Positions 13,548 to 26,944 of a DNA stretch of 64,000 nt are shown here, piece after piece. The translations under genes and the position numbers were made by a program. Position 1 is the first letter of the stretch; every line of letters starts with the position of its first letter. This stretch comes from Psilocybe cubensis (Eukaryota). Location of the stretch: assembly GCA_017499595.2 (NCBI GenBank), contig CM039008.1, positions 558,001 to 622,000 of the forward strand, given 5' to 3'. The notes under the pieces were generated by a model. It did no database searches, was not told where the DNA came from, and was given only the letters and a program-made list of their open reading frames with translations.

Positions 13548-15039
13548 ATGAGTCGGTACAGTGGTAATTTTGGTCCATCCTCCAACTCAACGACAAAGTC
13601 TCCCGATTCTTTCCAATGCACCACCGTCAAATCTGAAAAGCAAGACGATCGAGCGTCGCAGTCGGATTCAGAGGATGGAAGCTATGCACTGTATGGTGAC
13701 GCGCACAAACTGGAGGACCTCGAAGGTGCGTCACGCTCCACATTTTGTATCCCTATATTTGTTTGACATTATATTCAGATGAGTCGAACACCGCGTTGAC
13801 TTCACAAACTCTGAATGCCGACGGGACGCCTAAGCGCCCTATGAACGCCTTTATGATCTTCGCCCGTCGGAGGCGACCACAAGTATCAGCAGAAAATCAG
13901 GCGATGAGAACAGGAGAAATCAGTAAGATTCTGAGTAAGGAATGGGTCTCAATGCCTCCGGTACTTAACACACATATTCAACTTCCTATTTTTGTCTTAC
14001 GCAAATCTAGTCTGACAAGCAATTTTATTTGGAGCAAGCTAAGCAGTTGAAGGAGACTTTCAACACTCGTTATCCTGACTATGTCTATCGGCGCCGGCCT
14101 AACAATTCCAGGAAGCGTCGACGCTCAGATGCTGGTGGGTCTGTACGACCACCTGACCAGGCACATGGCGACCAAGATGACATGGCGGGCAGTGTCGATC
14201 TCGAAGCATCACCTACCGACGTTGATGATCACCTTGACGTGTCGTTACCGTCGCCGTACTCTCGACCGTCGTACATTTCTCCGTCTTCAGTTGACCCGTC
14301 TAAGTACGGGAGTCACTCTCGTGGTCTTGGACACCAGATTTCCTCAGAGTCCCTCTTTCGTTCCAATGGACAATATTCCTCATCATTACCCCCAGCAGAA
14401 CGCATGGGGTCTTCCCTCGGTTCTACCGGTTCTCCTCGTCTATCAATAGGCCACGGTGGAATGGCCTATCCCTACGGCCAAACTGCTGGCCACAACCCGA
14501 CCCCGCCCCACTTCGGCGGTCAGTCGTTAAATTCACCCACAGGTTGGCACCCCAGAGTGGATCGCTCCAACCCATCATGGATGGGCGGGGGGCCAGACCG
14601 TCTTCCCAACCCAATATCAACACAGAAACCATACTCCAGTTCGTGGAGCGGCTCAGCTGAACTTCCAAATACTCCATCTAGTGCCTCCCCCTCTTCTGCC
14701 AATTACTTCCCTACATTAAACACCCCGTTCTACCCGAATCAACCACACATTTCACCGTTCCAGTCTAACGCTTCTACTTCTCCTAACACTCTTCAACCAC
14801 AAAATCCTACGTTTGATTCGCTTGGTCATATTCAGGGCAATCCAATGGCGAGAGACTATAATTCACGAAACTACGATCCTTCATCTATCTCGCCGCTATC
14901 CTACCCCGCTTCGGGGAATCGTGACCCCCTGCCGTATTCTCAACGGCACCTTCCACCAGTTCAGACTGGGTCGATATACCCCGAACAATCATTGTCATCT
15001 GGACAAGGTCAACAATCGCCTTTCTGGCCAAGGGATTGA
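13548..15039 (+). CDS. HMG-box transcription factor (SOX/TCF/MATA-type box), 3 exons
   Basis: PKRPMNAFMIFARRRRPQVSAENQAMRTGEISKILSKEW...YLEQAKQLKETFNTRYPDYVYRRR. Introns ~13726-13778 and 13961-14010. Pro/Ser-rich C-terminus. Confidence 0.92.
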
Positions 15040-16960
15040 GGTATTACCAAAGTTGGTCCCCCTCTTGGTGTTTATTCGTTCGTCTGATACACTCTTCAAT
15101 TCTAATGTATCCACTCTATATTCACGCTTTGTTTTTTTTTCCGCTATGTTGAATATCTTCTTGGGTTGTAGTGTTTCTTTCTTATCTTTGCTTTCGCTGG
15201 TCATCGTTCATCTACATTTATATTTCACTTAATTCCAGCGACCTGGAGTTGACGCGGGCGTTTGTTAGTTAGCGTCGAGGCCCGGCGCTAAGGATTGAAT
15301 TGGAGGTGTAAAAATTGCCTCAATCAATTGAGGATCGCTGGATAGTTTTCTAATGTATTGAATTGTATTTTCTATTGAAAAGTACTCTATTCAAAAGCAA
15401 AGGTTATTGAAGTCTCCTTCGATCAAGTTACCGGCGGTACAATTGAATATGCCATTTACTACCCATACATTTGAAATTATTGTTGATCACTTTTTACATG
15501 GGATCAAATTATTGACGCGGATTTCTACTAAAATGGTTAGCTCTTTCCCCATGACCCTAGCTAAAAGCTTCAGGCTTATGGCATCACCTTAACATTGCTC
15601 CTACGACAGAAATTTGAAGAGCAGCTCGAATCTTGATAACGCTGAAGAGCTTTCATCTCACGGTTGTGGTGTCAGCTGGGTAGGCTGTGCATAGCTGTGC
15701 GTGGCACCTCGAGGTCAGCTAGTCATCCTATCTCTCTCGCCAAGCGTGACGTCAAAAATAGACAATCCAGCTGGGAAGACCTCCTTGGAGCTTGGATGAC
15801 CGAAACTGTCCATTGATTGTATCCAAAGGAAAAGAAAAGAAGATAGGTAACACAACTAAGTTGTTTTGTTCAGTTGTGAATGGGAGTGGGAGCTTTTTGA
15901 ATTGCTTACATTTAAGGTATATATCCTTATCTATGAGTGGTTCTAGCCCAGGGCTCCCAGGGCTCATTCCTCTCAGGGCTCATTGCTCAATATGTACATC
16001 ACCGCTGAAGACATGCTGCTGGCTTCTTGACTTCTTTATTGATCGATACTAGTCGCGTTTCTGGCTGTCGCCGGGTCCGCAGATACGCGAACTTCTTCAA
16101 GCAGGTGCGCTTTAGACATCTATGGGAAAAGCAATGTGTCAACGTACGAGTTACCCTCCTCATTCAAAATGTCATTATACCTATCTATCATCGTACTTTG
16201 TTGTTTTTGTTGCAGCCAGAATCAGATCCACGCACATTGTTTTTGGCAGAGTATATGTTTTTATTTCATTTTATTTTTATTCCTGTAATTACAAGTCGTC
16301 ATAAGCTATAGTTGAAGTATGGCTGATAGTATTGCCCCACGTCCCTTCAGCACTAGGTCGTATTGAAAAAAAAACGGTGTGCGGTGTGCAGGGCACAACA
16401 TATCAGTGCTATATATATCTCATTTCCAATTGTAGATTAGCCACAGGCAGGCTTGTCTGCTGTTGGCGTGGTAAATAGCTGACTGCGGCGTACAACACAA
16501 TAAACAACCTCAATCAACCTTAAGAGTTTCACGGGTGTCAGACCCAGAAGAGAGGCATAGGTACAGAGAGTCGATTTTCAAATCTAGCGATGTTGATTAG
16601 GAGCAGAATGTCCGAAATTAAAATATCCGACATTGATATAGCCCCAGTGAACGAATGACCGTGTTCCATCTTGTGCCATTTGCTCCTACTCTAAGCTGTT
16701 AGGCTCCCGGTAGTCTTTAATATGCAAATTTTATTAGCTTGCCCGTTCGCCGAGACGCTATTGCAAAACGCTCAAAGTAATCACGGCGAACTATGGCAAA
16801 TTATGGAGAAGTCGGTTAAAATAATACCCGGATACCGGACCAGATGTCGCTGGCATGGAATGAGAGAGCTGTTATAAACTCTCTTGCCACTGGATCTCAT
16901 ACGACTACGCAAAGCTATCGTTAACGGCCTTCATATCTCAATACGATACATTCCACCACT

Positions 16961-18121
16961 ATGTCACCATCACCACACGTAGTACCAATCGCAGATTCGA
17001 CCTCTGTTTTCAAACCAGATCTTTTCAAAGGGAAAGTCCTATTTTGCACTGGTGGAGGTTCTGGTATATGTCGTGGAATGACAGAAGCAATGGTCAGTGA
17101 TTCTATTAATTACCCTTGAGAATTCCTGACTGACTTTAACTGCGCAAAAGATGCGCCATGGTGCGAACGCAACCATCGTTGGGAGGAAGTGCGTGTGTTC
17201 CATGTTGATCCTTTCGTTCGTTGATTTTCATTCGACGAAGGCTCGAACGTTTGACCCAGGCTGCCAAAGAGCTCTCAGAGGCTACTGGTCAAGAATGCAT
17301 AGCTGCACAAGGAGATGTTAGACAACCCTCCACCTTAAAAGAAGCAGTCGCCAAAACTATTGCAAAGTTCGGAAGAATTGACTACGTCATCAACGGTTAG
17401 AAATTTGCTTATATGCCTCATACCAGAGTCAGACTGATTCTAATGCGTCGTATTTTTTGTCATAAAGGTGCTGCTGGAAATTTCTTGGTTCCTATTTCTG
17501 AAATGTCAGAGAACGCGTTCAAGACTGTCATGGAAATTGATACCGTATATTCTTTTCTCCCCCAAACATGTGGGGTTGTCACTTATACTTGTACAGATCG
17601 GAACTTTCAACACAATTAAAGCAACTCTCGCTCACATTCGTGCTTCGAAGGGTGCTTACATTCACGTTAGCGCTACTCTTCACTACAACGGTAAGTTGGC
17701 AATCCGCGTATCCGAAAACTGTTTCTCATGTTCCGCAGGCACACCCTACCAAGCTCACGTCTCCGCTGCGAAAGCCGGCGTAGATGCTTTGTCCGCCGTA
17801 TTGGCAGTCGAAGAAGGTCCTAATGGTGTCCGCTCTAATGTGATAGCACCAGGGCCTATTGCTGGTACCGAAGGCATGGATCGTCTGTCACCAAAAGGAG
17901 ACGTTCCCAACCAGCCTGGTCTTCCAGCCGGTCGTATGGGTGTGGTAGGCGACATTGGAAACGCCACTGTTTTCTTATTCAGCGACGCCGCTGCTTTTAT
18001 TACTGGTCAAGCTCTCGCTGTAGACGGCGGTGCTTTGCATCTCCAGTCGACGTTCCTTCCCTACCCTCAATCCGTGATTGATCCTCAACGCTTTGCTCAT
18101 CTTATCAAACCCAGACTATAA
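16961..18121 (+). CDS. Peroxisomal-type 2,4-dienoyl-CoA reductase (SDR family, SPS19-like), multi-exon
   Basis: FKGKVLFCTGGGSGI Rossmann motif, NGAAGNFL, YQAHVSAAKAGVD, VRSNVIAPGPI. C-terminal PRL resembles a PTS1 variant. Confidence 0.9.
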
Positions 18122-21100
18122 ATGTCAGGGAATCTAGTTCCATTTTGGATTTCTGTCTTTTTTTTTTGTTCAAATCGTTTAATTATATTTGTACTTATGA
18201 CATCTGGCGGCAAACAATTCTCTAAACAGATCCTCTGACTTGAAAAGAATGCCCTCGTGGTCTTTTTTTATCCCCGCGCCTTCTTTGGTGGTCGGATGCA
18301 GGCGAAATCAACCGTACACAGCCTTGGAAAGAAGACACACAGTGCTTATCGTATCCTCTGCTTAATCCCGCTTTCGGGTGGAATATGCATGCTCACCGCT
18401 CGCAAAGAAGGCAATTCTCAGCAAGCATGTGTGCGTGTGTCCTTAAGAGTAATTTTTTACTATTTTATTTTGTAACTTGCATATCAGATGAAGAAAATGG
18501 ATATGCGTTTTATCATCGGACTGGCGAATGTCCGCCGCAAGTCCAATCTGTCGTGAGTCGCGAATGAGGAGGCTTCTCGTCGATCTCCGGTCCGTCTCAA
18601 AAAAGATAAACGTTCCCATCGGACCGCGCCATGGCTTGTGAGGCCCATGACTTCGATCTCCAAGGTTCAGCACACTTACTGAACCCTTCGCAATTGCCTC
18701 CAAGAACAATCTACTGAAATTGATGCATCAAACATTCGAATAATCCGCTCTTCGAAGAACGCCTTCCACATTTGGCACATGCCAGTCGGGGGACTACACT
18801 GTCCTTGACCATTTTGCGCCGAAAAATATCCGACAATGAAAAAAGTGTCTGGTGTCAAATGCTTATTATGACTGCTTTAAGGTTTTGGCCACGAGATGGA
18901 AGAACGCAGAAGGGGGTGTCCGGACAACGTGGATCTCGCGATATCGTGCAAAGATTGTACCTCATAGCTACATGGGCATATGGGAAATCTCACATCAGAC
19001 AATAACAACGAGTGTTCATGCACTGGAGTGGTACTGGGTGCTGTTAAGCCAGATAGGAAGCGATCAGGAATTTGTGCTACTGTCGATTGAGGGAAGTCCT
19101 TGCGACTGATGCGCCAATCGAAGGTTGCGGTCTGGTAAGTACGGTACGGCCTGGTATGGCATTGCGGGTGTTTCTACGTTCCTGAGCTTACGCATTGGGC
19201 TCATTCTGTGCCGGGAGCCCGATGGTCATTCTTCAGTGAATATGAGGACATTAATATAACATGTCCACCATTTCTGCCCGCGATGCCCACTTCACTGTGC
19301 CTTCTGCCTTCGTCCTTATCCCATCGCTGCGGGGAATGAGAAAATTGAAAATAAAATTGCAGTGATGTCGAGATACCTAGTTGATGTTCTTCTTTTTGGA
19401 GGGTACCCCAGACGAATCCATATCCCACATGAAGTGGTCATGGTCTACAAACAATTTGACTTTACCTCGCTCGCTTTACCATTCGATGCATTCTCTGCTG
19501 GAATATCTGATGAGCCGCTGGCTCTCTCCGACGCCACAGTTGAAAAAGAGAGATACGATCTGCGCAGGTGTCTCTTGTCGCTAGACTAGATGGGCCGTTC
19601 CCCGGTCAAGTCGAAAATAAAAAGGAGTGAAAAATAATGCGAACCTCGAAACTTGTCGGGTGCATTTTTCCTGGAATACCACTGGGGTTCTTTGTGGCTC
19701 ACCACTTCTTCAAACCACTCCATAAGGCGTGAGCGATATGGAAGGAAACTTGTCCAAGTGGGGCAAGCTACGCCTCTTGGCTGAGCAAATCCGGAACTGT
19801 GGGATCCATATGATAAATTTTTGATAGGAATCACGCCCAACTGGCTTTGCTCATCATTCGTCGATCTTCAGGACTTCAGTGGAAGGAATAGAGCCTGATT
19901 TAACCCAATAGCGTCTTAAATTTGATTAGATGCTGACCTGGATCTGGAGCGAAGGAATCCGACGTTGTCTGGTGTGGGTTTAGTTTCCTTCCCATGTCCC
20001 ATGATCCCCCGCTTTTTCAGACATACCGATGTTGATGCACTGTTGTTGAACAACCTCCCGGGCGTATGCTGAGATCGTCATGGTCATGGTCTGTGAGTGA
20101 CGGAACCTGTCAAAACGGCCCCCTAGTGTCTTTCGGGGGTGTCGCAGTTTTGCCCTTTACAAGAGTTCAATATTTCTGGAATTTCGAAATCATGAAATTT
20201 GATAAAGTAACGGATGTTTGATTTAGAAATGGAAACAGCTTCAGGCAAAATTTTGGGTGTTAGTAAAAACCCATGAAACTGGGGTGAGACGGTGTTACCG
20301 CACCTAGATGAAGCGACAGCTGTGGGCAGGAATGTTGTTATTTTCGAGGATGACAGTGACCAACCCCTACGACTATGTTCGCCCAAGACCCTTTTAGGTT
20401 CCTTCCAGATTCCCGGGACAGGTGACCATAAACCACATAGGCGTCAGGTTCTAGTTGCAGATTCTACTGCAAGTGTTCAAATTAAAAGGCCCCCCGTGGC
20501 CCGTACAGCCTCTGGGTGATAATAAAGTTCGTAAGTGTTCGTAAAGCCACCTATATTCTTCCAAGTATTCGACGAGGATGAGGGGATATTAGAAGTGTGT
20601 CCATACGCTTGTGAAAATGAGCAGGCTAGAAGAACCTGTCTTAGCACAGCTTCAGTGGAGCCAAGTGGCGGAAGGATATTCAGAGTTGTAAGATTCACAC
20701 CATGGTTCGTTTCGCGGATTAAGGAACACACCACAATGCATGCGACCCTGAAGGTTCTGACCGGTCTTCAAGCTTGTTTGTAGATTGTGGACAATTATAG
20801 GAAACTCGTTGCACGACGCGTTCTAGGGTTCAAGTAAACGTGTGTGGGAAAGTATCAAAATAAGCGTCATTGCGTAGCGAGTAGGAAAGTTCACCACACC
20901 AAACTATGAACCATCAAACAGGCTCAGCCACTGAGAAAGTACGCGGCTTTAGACAAGTAATTTAGCATCTTCTCGTTAATTATTTGTACGCCCTTTTCAC
21001 CACAGAGAGAATGAAGATATGCTCACATGATATACTCGGAGGATAGATAGAAGCCTCTATCTACCATCATGTGCGACTGTATGAACGCGGTGTCTCTGTG

Positions 21101-23160
21101 TCGATAAACGATTTAGGCTCCTGCCGAGAATGTTGCTTTTTGGTCGTGATCCTTGAAAGTGACGGTGTATGGGAACACAGAGTCATTTGAGATTGGCAGG
21201 TAGACATCGGATAGTGCCATCAGAAGAACGACTTAAAGGTTACGAGGACTTCACATAGCTGCCATGGTGTGAAAACGCCAAAAGCTTCAATTCAGGCATC
21301 CAGAGATACGAGCTAAACGGCAAAATAAGCAACAGTATCCATTCTTCGGTGTCAATGAAGGATCATACCGTCGACCATTATTCGCCACCGTAGCGCAATT
21401 GTTCACACCCTTGGACGGCCTCTTGAGCACTTCTTCCAAAAAAACTCCACGCGAGAAACGACAATGATTCGCGGGATAGCCCCACCAGATGTCCTGTAAT
21501 AATCCGTAAACGTACTTCAGCAAAACCGCCGCGTTACACCGTGTGCGTTGCATCAGTGGAACTTAAGGTTGTCACGGGCCTTCTGACGAAGACGTTCTGC
21601 GAGAAGAGGACATAAAAGTCAATATTTTGAGATAAAAAATCCGTGGACGCGTCTAAGACTATTTTCCATCTGGGGCGGATCGTGCATTTGAGCTTTGGAG
21701 TGTATGATACGATGCCATTATGTAGATTTTGGGATAATAACTTATGTGAGGTAAGCAAAGGGGGGAAGAATAGCATGCTGTATCCAAAAAAAGTATCAAC
21801 ATTGTGGGACTTCAGAATGCAAGGGTAAATACAGACGAACCAAATTTTTGTCATACTGCTTTTCCTCTCCAAACTCTGTAACCAGAATACTGCACTGCAT
21901 CTTACGCAGGTACGAGATACTCCCCGCACGTTCTAATAAGCACAATTCCTCCAAAAAAGACACCAAGGGCCGAGGCAATGCTGATGTTGCCTGGAAGCTT
22001 CTCGGGTGCAAACACCTCTGTGCGCAAAAACCTGCGAAAAGTGTTTATACGTGATCAAGGAATGACCAAGAAGAAGGCCTTCATACCTCGAGAAAGCACC
22101 CTCGTTAGGGTCAGTCAGTGAACCTCCATGTTGAGGATGCGGCAGGTATGATGGTTGAGCTGGAGCGGCGGTGCGGCGAGCCATTTTATAATGAGCGTTA
22201 AGGGCAACCTCGACGAGCGTGCTGGCGGCGTGTGCTCGAAACAACCTTACGTAATGCCTGCCTAAAATTTGAGACTCCGACTGATTGGTCATCATTCTAT
22301 TCAACACAGCTCGTTCAACTCGGCCTTTTCGTTCCTTCTTACTCCCTTCCAATTAAGCGCCTGCAATATTTCTCGCTTCAAAAACGAATTTATATCCTAC
22401 CATGAAATTAATTTCTGCTACTCCAATAACTGGGCATAACAATTGTAACAACCAAGTTAAACAAACAACCTGGTTTTGACCTGGTTATCAGCTTACTGAA
22501 CTCCTGCCTCTGCCTTTCTGTTTCTTCTTGCTCTAGTCCACCATCATGGAAATATTCAAGAAATATTTCCAGTTGAACTGCATGGTCGGAGTCGTTCCGC
22601 CCCACCGAACATCGGACAAGCTTGATGTCTGATCAGAGAGACTAACAGAGACACAATGACCAATGCATCCCAGTCGCTGTCATAGGTTTCAGAACGGCTT
22701 GCTATGTTTAGCCTCAAAGGCACTTCGACGAGCCCTTGGTGGTTCGAACTGAAAAATCGTCGGCATCTCTTCCTTAGGTCGAGTTTGGTGCCAAAGTATC
22801 ACCTGCGACACCTCTGATCCTCTGATCGAATCCTTTCCGCAGTTCCCGTCGAAGAGGCCTCTTCATATGCAATTTTCACAATTATCGAGACAAAAGTCAC
22901 CATGCCGAGCCTATAGTATCGGATAGTTTTCTGCCGTGAGCCTTTATGCTCCCAAACATTGCATGGGTCCATACGCAAAGCGTTGACAAAGGTTAAACAG
23001 CTCCTCTGGTCTAGGACAATGTGAACCACACCCCCAATGCCTATATAAACCATACATTGCATCGAAGCACTCTTCCCTCATTCCATCTGGACTCATTCCC
23101 TTCCATTTTTTTCTCATTCGGAGTCCCTTGGATTTTTCTTTCTATTTGCATCTTTTCAAT

Positions 23161-25064
23161 ATGCGCTCATCAAATCCGCTTTCATTCCTCGTTCCTATCC
23201 TGCCTATTCTTCTTCCTTCGTTTGCTCAAGATCAGGGATCGAATTCCTCCGAGTCTTCGTACGGTCAAGAATGTGTTCAAGCCCTTCAATCTGCGGGCTT
23301 CACCCAACTTGCGACGGTTCTGACTCAAGTGAACGATACACCTCCCGCTCAGGCCCTTTTCAGTGAGCTTTCGAGTGGTAGGAATTTTACGCTCTTCGCG
23401 CCAATCGACCAAGCGTGTGAGTACTTTACAATCACTCAACATCGCAGTTGCTCAATTCTCTTCAGTCCAAAACGTCTCGTCCAACGTCACAGGCAATTCC
23501 ACCCTCCTCGCTGAATACCTGTCCTACCATTTCGTCCAAGGCGAATTCCAGAATGCATCTTACACCAACACATCGTCTGAAGGTGGTGGTGGAGGTGCCG
23601 GAGGTGCGACGTCTTCTATGTCTTCGGAAACTATGACTTCTTCATCGGAAACCCAATCTTCTGAGACCTCGACCGAGACTGCTTCTGCGACTACCGCTGC
23701 TTTGTGGGGAGGACTTTTTGGTCGTCAGGATCAGGGCGGAGGCAGTAACTCTAGCGAAGGGCCAGGTCCGGGCCCACATCCACAACCCTATGCTGGAATC
23801 TGGCAGAACGTTACCATCGGCCGCACCCTTCTCAACTCGTCAAATCTTGTTCATCTCGAAGGCAACAAGAGTCAAGTTCTTGTTTGGACGAGATACGAGC
23901 AGAACGGTAACATTTCGATTCTCAACCAACCGTGCGCGCCTATTCATTTTTATACTTCCATGATGTTGATGCTGATATATATTTTTGTAGACAAAACGTT
24001 ACTGTGGTCAATTCCACCGTATGGAGGAATCTCTTCATCAACGGTGTGACCGGCGTTATCGTCCCTCCCGGCAACCTCACTGCTGCTCTCACTGCCGTCA
24101 ATGCCACTGCCGCTCAGAATCTTGTGTCGACCATCCAGATCCCCGCCGAAAACGGTACGAACGTGACAGCGCTTGAAGCTCTCGAAAGCGCCCGAGGAAT
24201 TACTTTATTCGTTCCCAACGACGAGGCATTTACATCGGAAGTCAACGAAACTTTGTCCGGATTGCAGAGTAATCAGACAGCTCAGACCAACCTCCTTCAG
24301 AATCACGTAAGTGTTCTGTTCCGTTTTTTGCCGCTGAATATCTTATGCCATTCTCAGTACATCAACGGCACCAGTTTGTACTCGACAGAGATCACCAACA
24401 GCACGCAAGGCGTTACTGCTGCGGGAGAGCCTCTCACCTTCTCTAGGAACGAAACGGGTCTCTTTGTATCAGGCACCAATGGATCAACCGCCCAGATCAT
24501 TCGTCCAGACGTTCTCGTCCAAAATGGCGTTGTGCACATCATCGATCGCGTCTTTGTAGTCGAATCGTCGAATCCATCGGAAGCTGGTACTGCGTAAGCT
24601 TTATATTTTTTTCCGGGACATATGAAGATTTCTAATCTACATCATACAGTTACGAATCTGCCTCGTCGCAAGCTGCCATTAGTTCTACCGCATCAGGACC
24701 TATAGGTGTCGCCGGCGTAGGTGGTGTAGGAGGAGGTTCCACTATGACAGAGTCTCCCTCTTCCACGGGAACTTCTTCGTCATCAGCCTCATCTTCCTCG
24801 TCCTCAGAATCATCTTCATCTTCCTCGGAATCATCATCATCTTCCTCCTCCGAGACCTCTTCATCGTCAACTTCCAGCGAAACCTCTACTAGTACTGAGG
24901 AAGGAGGTGGTGGTGGGGAAAGCACGGTTACCGCCACAGCTACAACTGCCGCTCGTTCTAGAATCTTGGCCAAAAGCCCAACTTTCCAATCTTCCGCAGC
25001 GGAATGTGTTGTGAACTCTTTCCTCATCTCGGTCATTACCGGTATTATTCTTCTTGTTGTTTAA
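23161..25064 (+). CDS. Fasciclin (FAS1 x2) cell-surface protein with signal peptide, Ser-rich stalk and GPI-like tail
   Basis: FAS1 motifs FTLFAPIDQA, LSYHFV, ITLFVPNDEAF and NGVVHIIDRVF. Many N-x-S/T sites. Hydrophobic C-terminus SFLISVITGIILLVV. Confidence 0.9.
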
Positions 25065-25730
25065 GATTTGAGGTTTTTTTTTATCTTCGTGTTTGATTTC
25101 CACTAGAGACATTTTCTATTAATACTAGTATACTGTAATTTGATTGATGATGCACTTCTCGCCTCTAAGTGACTTTGAGTACATTGGTCCACATTTGAAG
25201 TCTTCCAGAGTCGTTCTCCTAACTACTAGTAATCATGATTTTTTTCTATTATGTTGCCAAATGTGTGTCCATGGTTATAACACAAATTACATCAAGCTAC
25301 AAAGTTAGAAACTGATATACGATTCTATTCAATCATCTCAACTGACGCGATCCGCGGTCATTGATGCTTTGTGCTCTATAAAACAAATATCAAGGGCTGA
25401 TTTGTAGATGGCGTCTCAAACCCCACCTGCCTCTCGTTCGTTCTGACCCCTTGCCCCTCTTTTGCTTTCAGTACTCGCTGGGTGAAACGTACTCTATTTC
25501 CCTATCCTTGCAGAGCAGGGATATTATAGCACGCCGAACAAATTTATCACTTTTCAAGGTGGAATCCTGACACTTCCCCGCCCCAAGGTACGTCGCCTGT
25601 CACTTATTCCCGTGAAGATGGTGCCATATCCGACTTTCAGCAAGTCCCCTTCTGGCGATTGATCACTGTCATTTCTGGAGTTATGTCGTTTAACTTGCAT
25701 TATGGTATCTCGGGCTCTGCTGCCTTGCGC

Positions 25731-26710
25731 ATGGATTCTCCAGTTTCGGCTCCTACGGCAGAGCCCACTGTATTTCGTCCAAGCAGGCATACTTTCGATA
25801 TACCACCCTTTGATTTGGATCTGGATTTGGATGCCCAACTCGCCAATCCAACTACGTTATTGGAAATATGCGACCAAACAATCAAGAAGGTTATAGTTGA
25901 GGGAAATGGAGGTGAACCTAATCACCAAGAGACGATTACACAAACTGGAAAAGGTTGTATACCAACTGCGACATTGGGTGGCAGCATGGCGGGGCATATG
26001 TTCAGCTCTGATCGTGAAGGACCATTTATGACCCCAAACGTAAATCCTTCGGCCACGCAGTACACAGTATTTACCTCACTTTCAGGCGAGGCAAGTACTT
26101 CAACTTCAACCTCATTCAGCACTTCATCGCCAAGTTCAATCATTACTTCATCATCAAGCGTATTTAGTACTTCATCGTCAAGTTCAGTCATCACTTTGAG
26201 CTCATCAGCAGGTTTGGGCTTCATACCAAGTGCTTCATTACCGTCCATTAGTACTCTTTTCCTTTTCCCCCCAAAAACCTCCGAATCATTGTTTCCTACA
26301 TCATCCTCTATCCCAAAGCATACACCTTTGCCGAGTTTCAAAGTGTCGGGGCCGCCGAGCTCCAGAAGCATCAGCTCCGATTCGCTTACAAGTATCAATG
26401 TTATAACTAGGTGAGATTGCGTATTGTTTTTCGCTATAGGTACTTACTGATATCGTGGTAAAGTACGGAATTGGCGTCGAATGCTCTCACCAATCATCCA
26501 CATCCAAATTTATCGATCATCATACCCATCGTCTTTGTCATCGCTATCATTTATACTGTCACCTTTGTGTTCGTGATCAGAACTTTGAGAAGACGGCGGG
26601 CGACGCGGATGTTGACGCAGGCAACACCTTTCTCTGAAGAGGCTGACTTGATGAAGAATAGCCAGCTTCCTGCCGGATGGGACCTAGAGCAGAGGCAGCA
26701 CTATGCATGA
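25731..26710 (+). CDS. Hypothetical Ser/Thr-rich single-pass membrane protein
   Basis: Long Ser/Thr-rich ORF, an intron from ~26411, then a TM segment IIIPIVFVIAIIYTVTFVFVI followed by RTLRRRR. Start uncertain. Confidence 0.6.
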
Positions 26711-26944
26711 CGGCGATGTAAAATTGGTTCTTGTCCGAAGTACACTTTGAATCAGATGGACGATGCTGGACAATTTATTTATTACATGTATGAAAATCAC
26801 GGGTTGTCGATAGATTTGGTGAGGCTGTAAAGCTTTGCCGTTCATCAATTCTACAATCAACTGGATTTGAGACGACGAACTGATCGCGACGAGGCTACAG
26901 CGTGTTTCAGAGCGGTAGCAAGCAAAATGGGTTGTCACCGGCTT

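Noticed and set aside
15940-15990. CAGGGCTC repeated three times
   Set aside because: Too short and irregular to assign.
20790-20830. Small hairpin plus CTAG resembling a Helitron 3' end
   Set aside because: Weak hairpin, CTAG followed by G rather than T, and no 5' end or Rep/Hel remnant.
24650-25036. Very acidic 128-aa ORF on the minus strand
   Set aside because: Antisense shadow of the Ser-rich fasciclin stalk.
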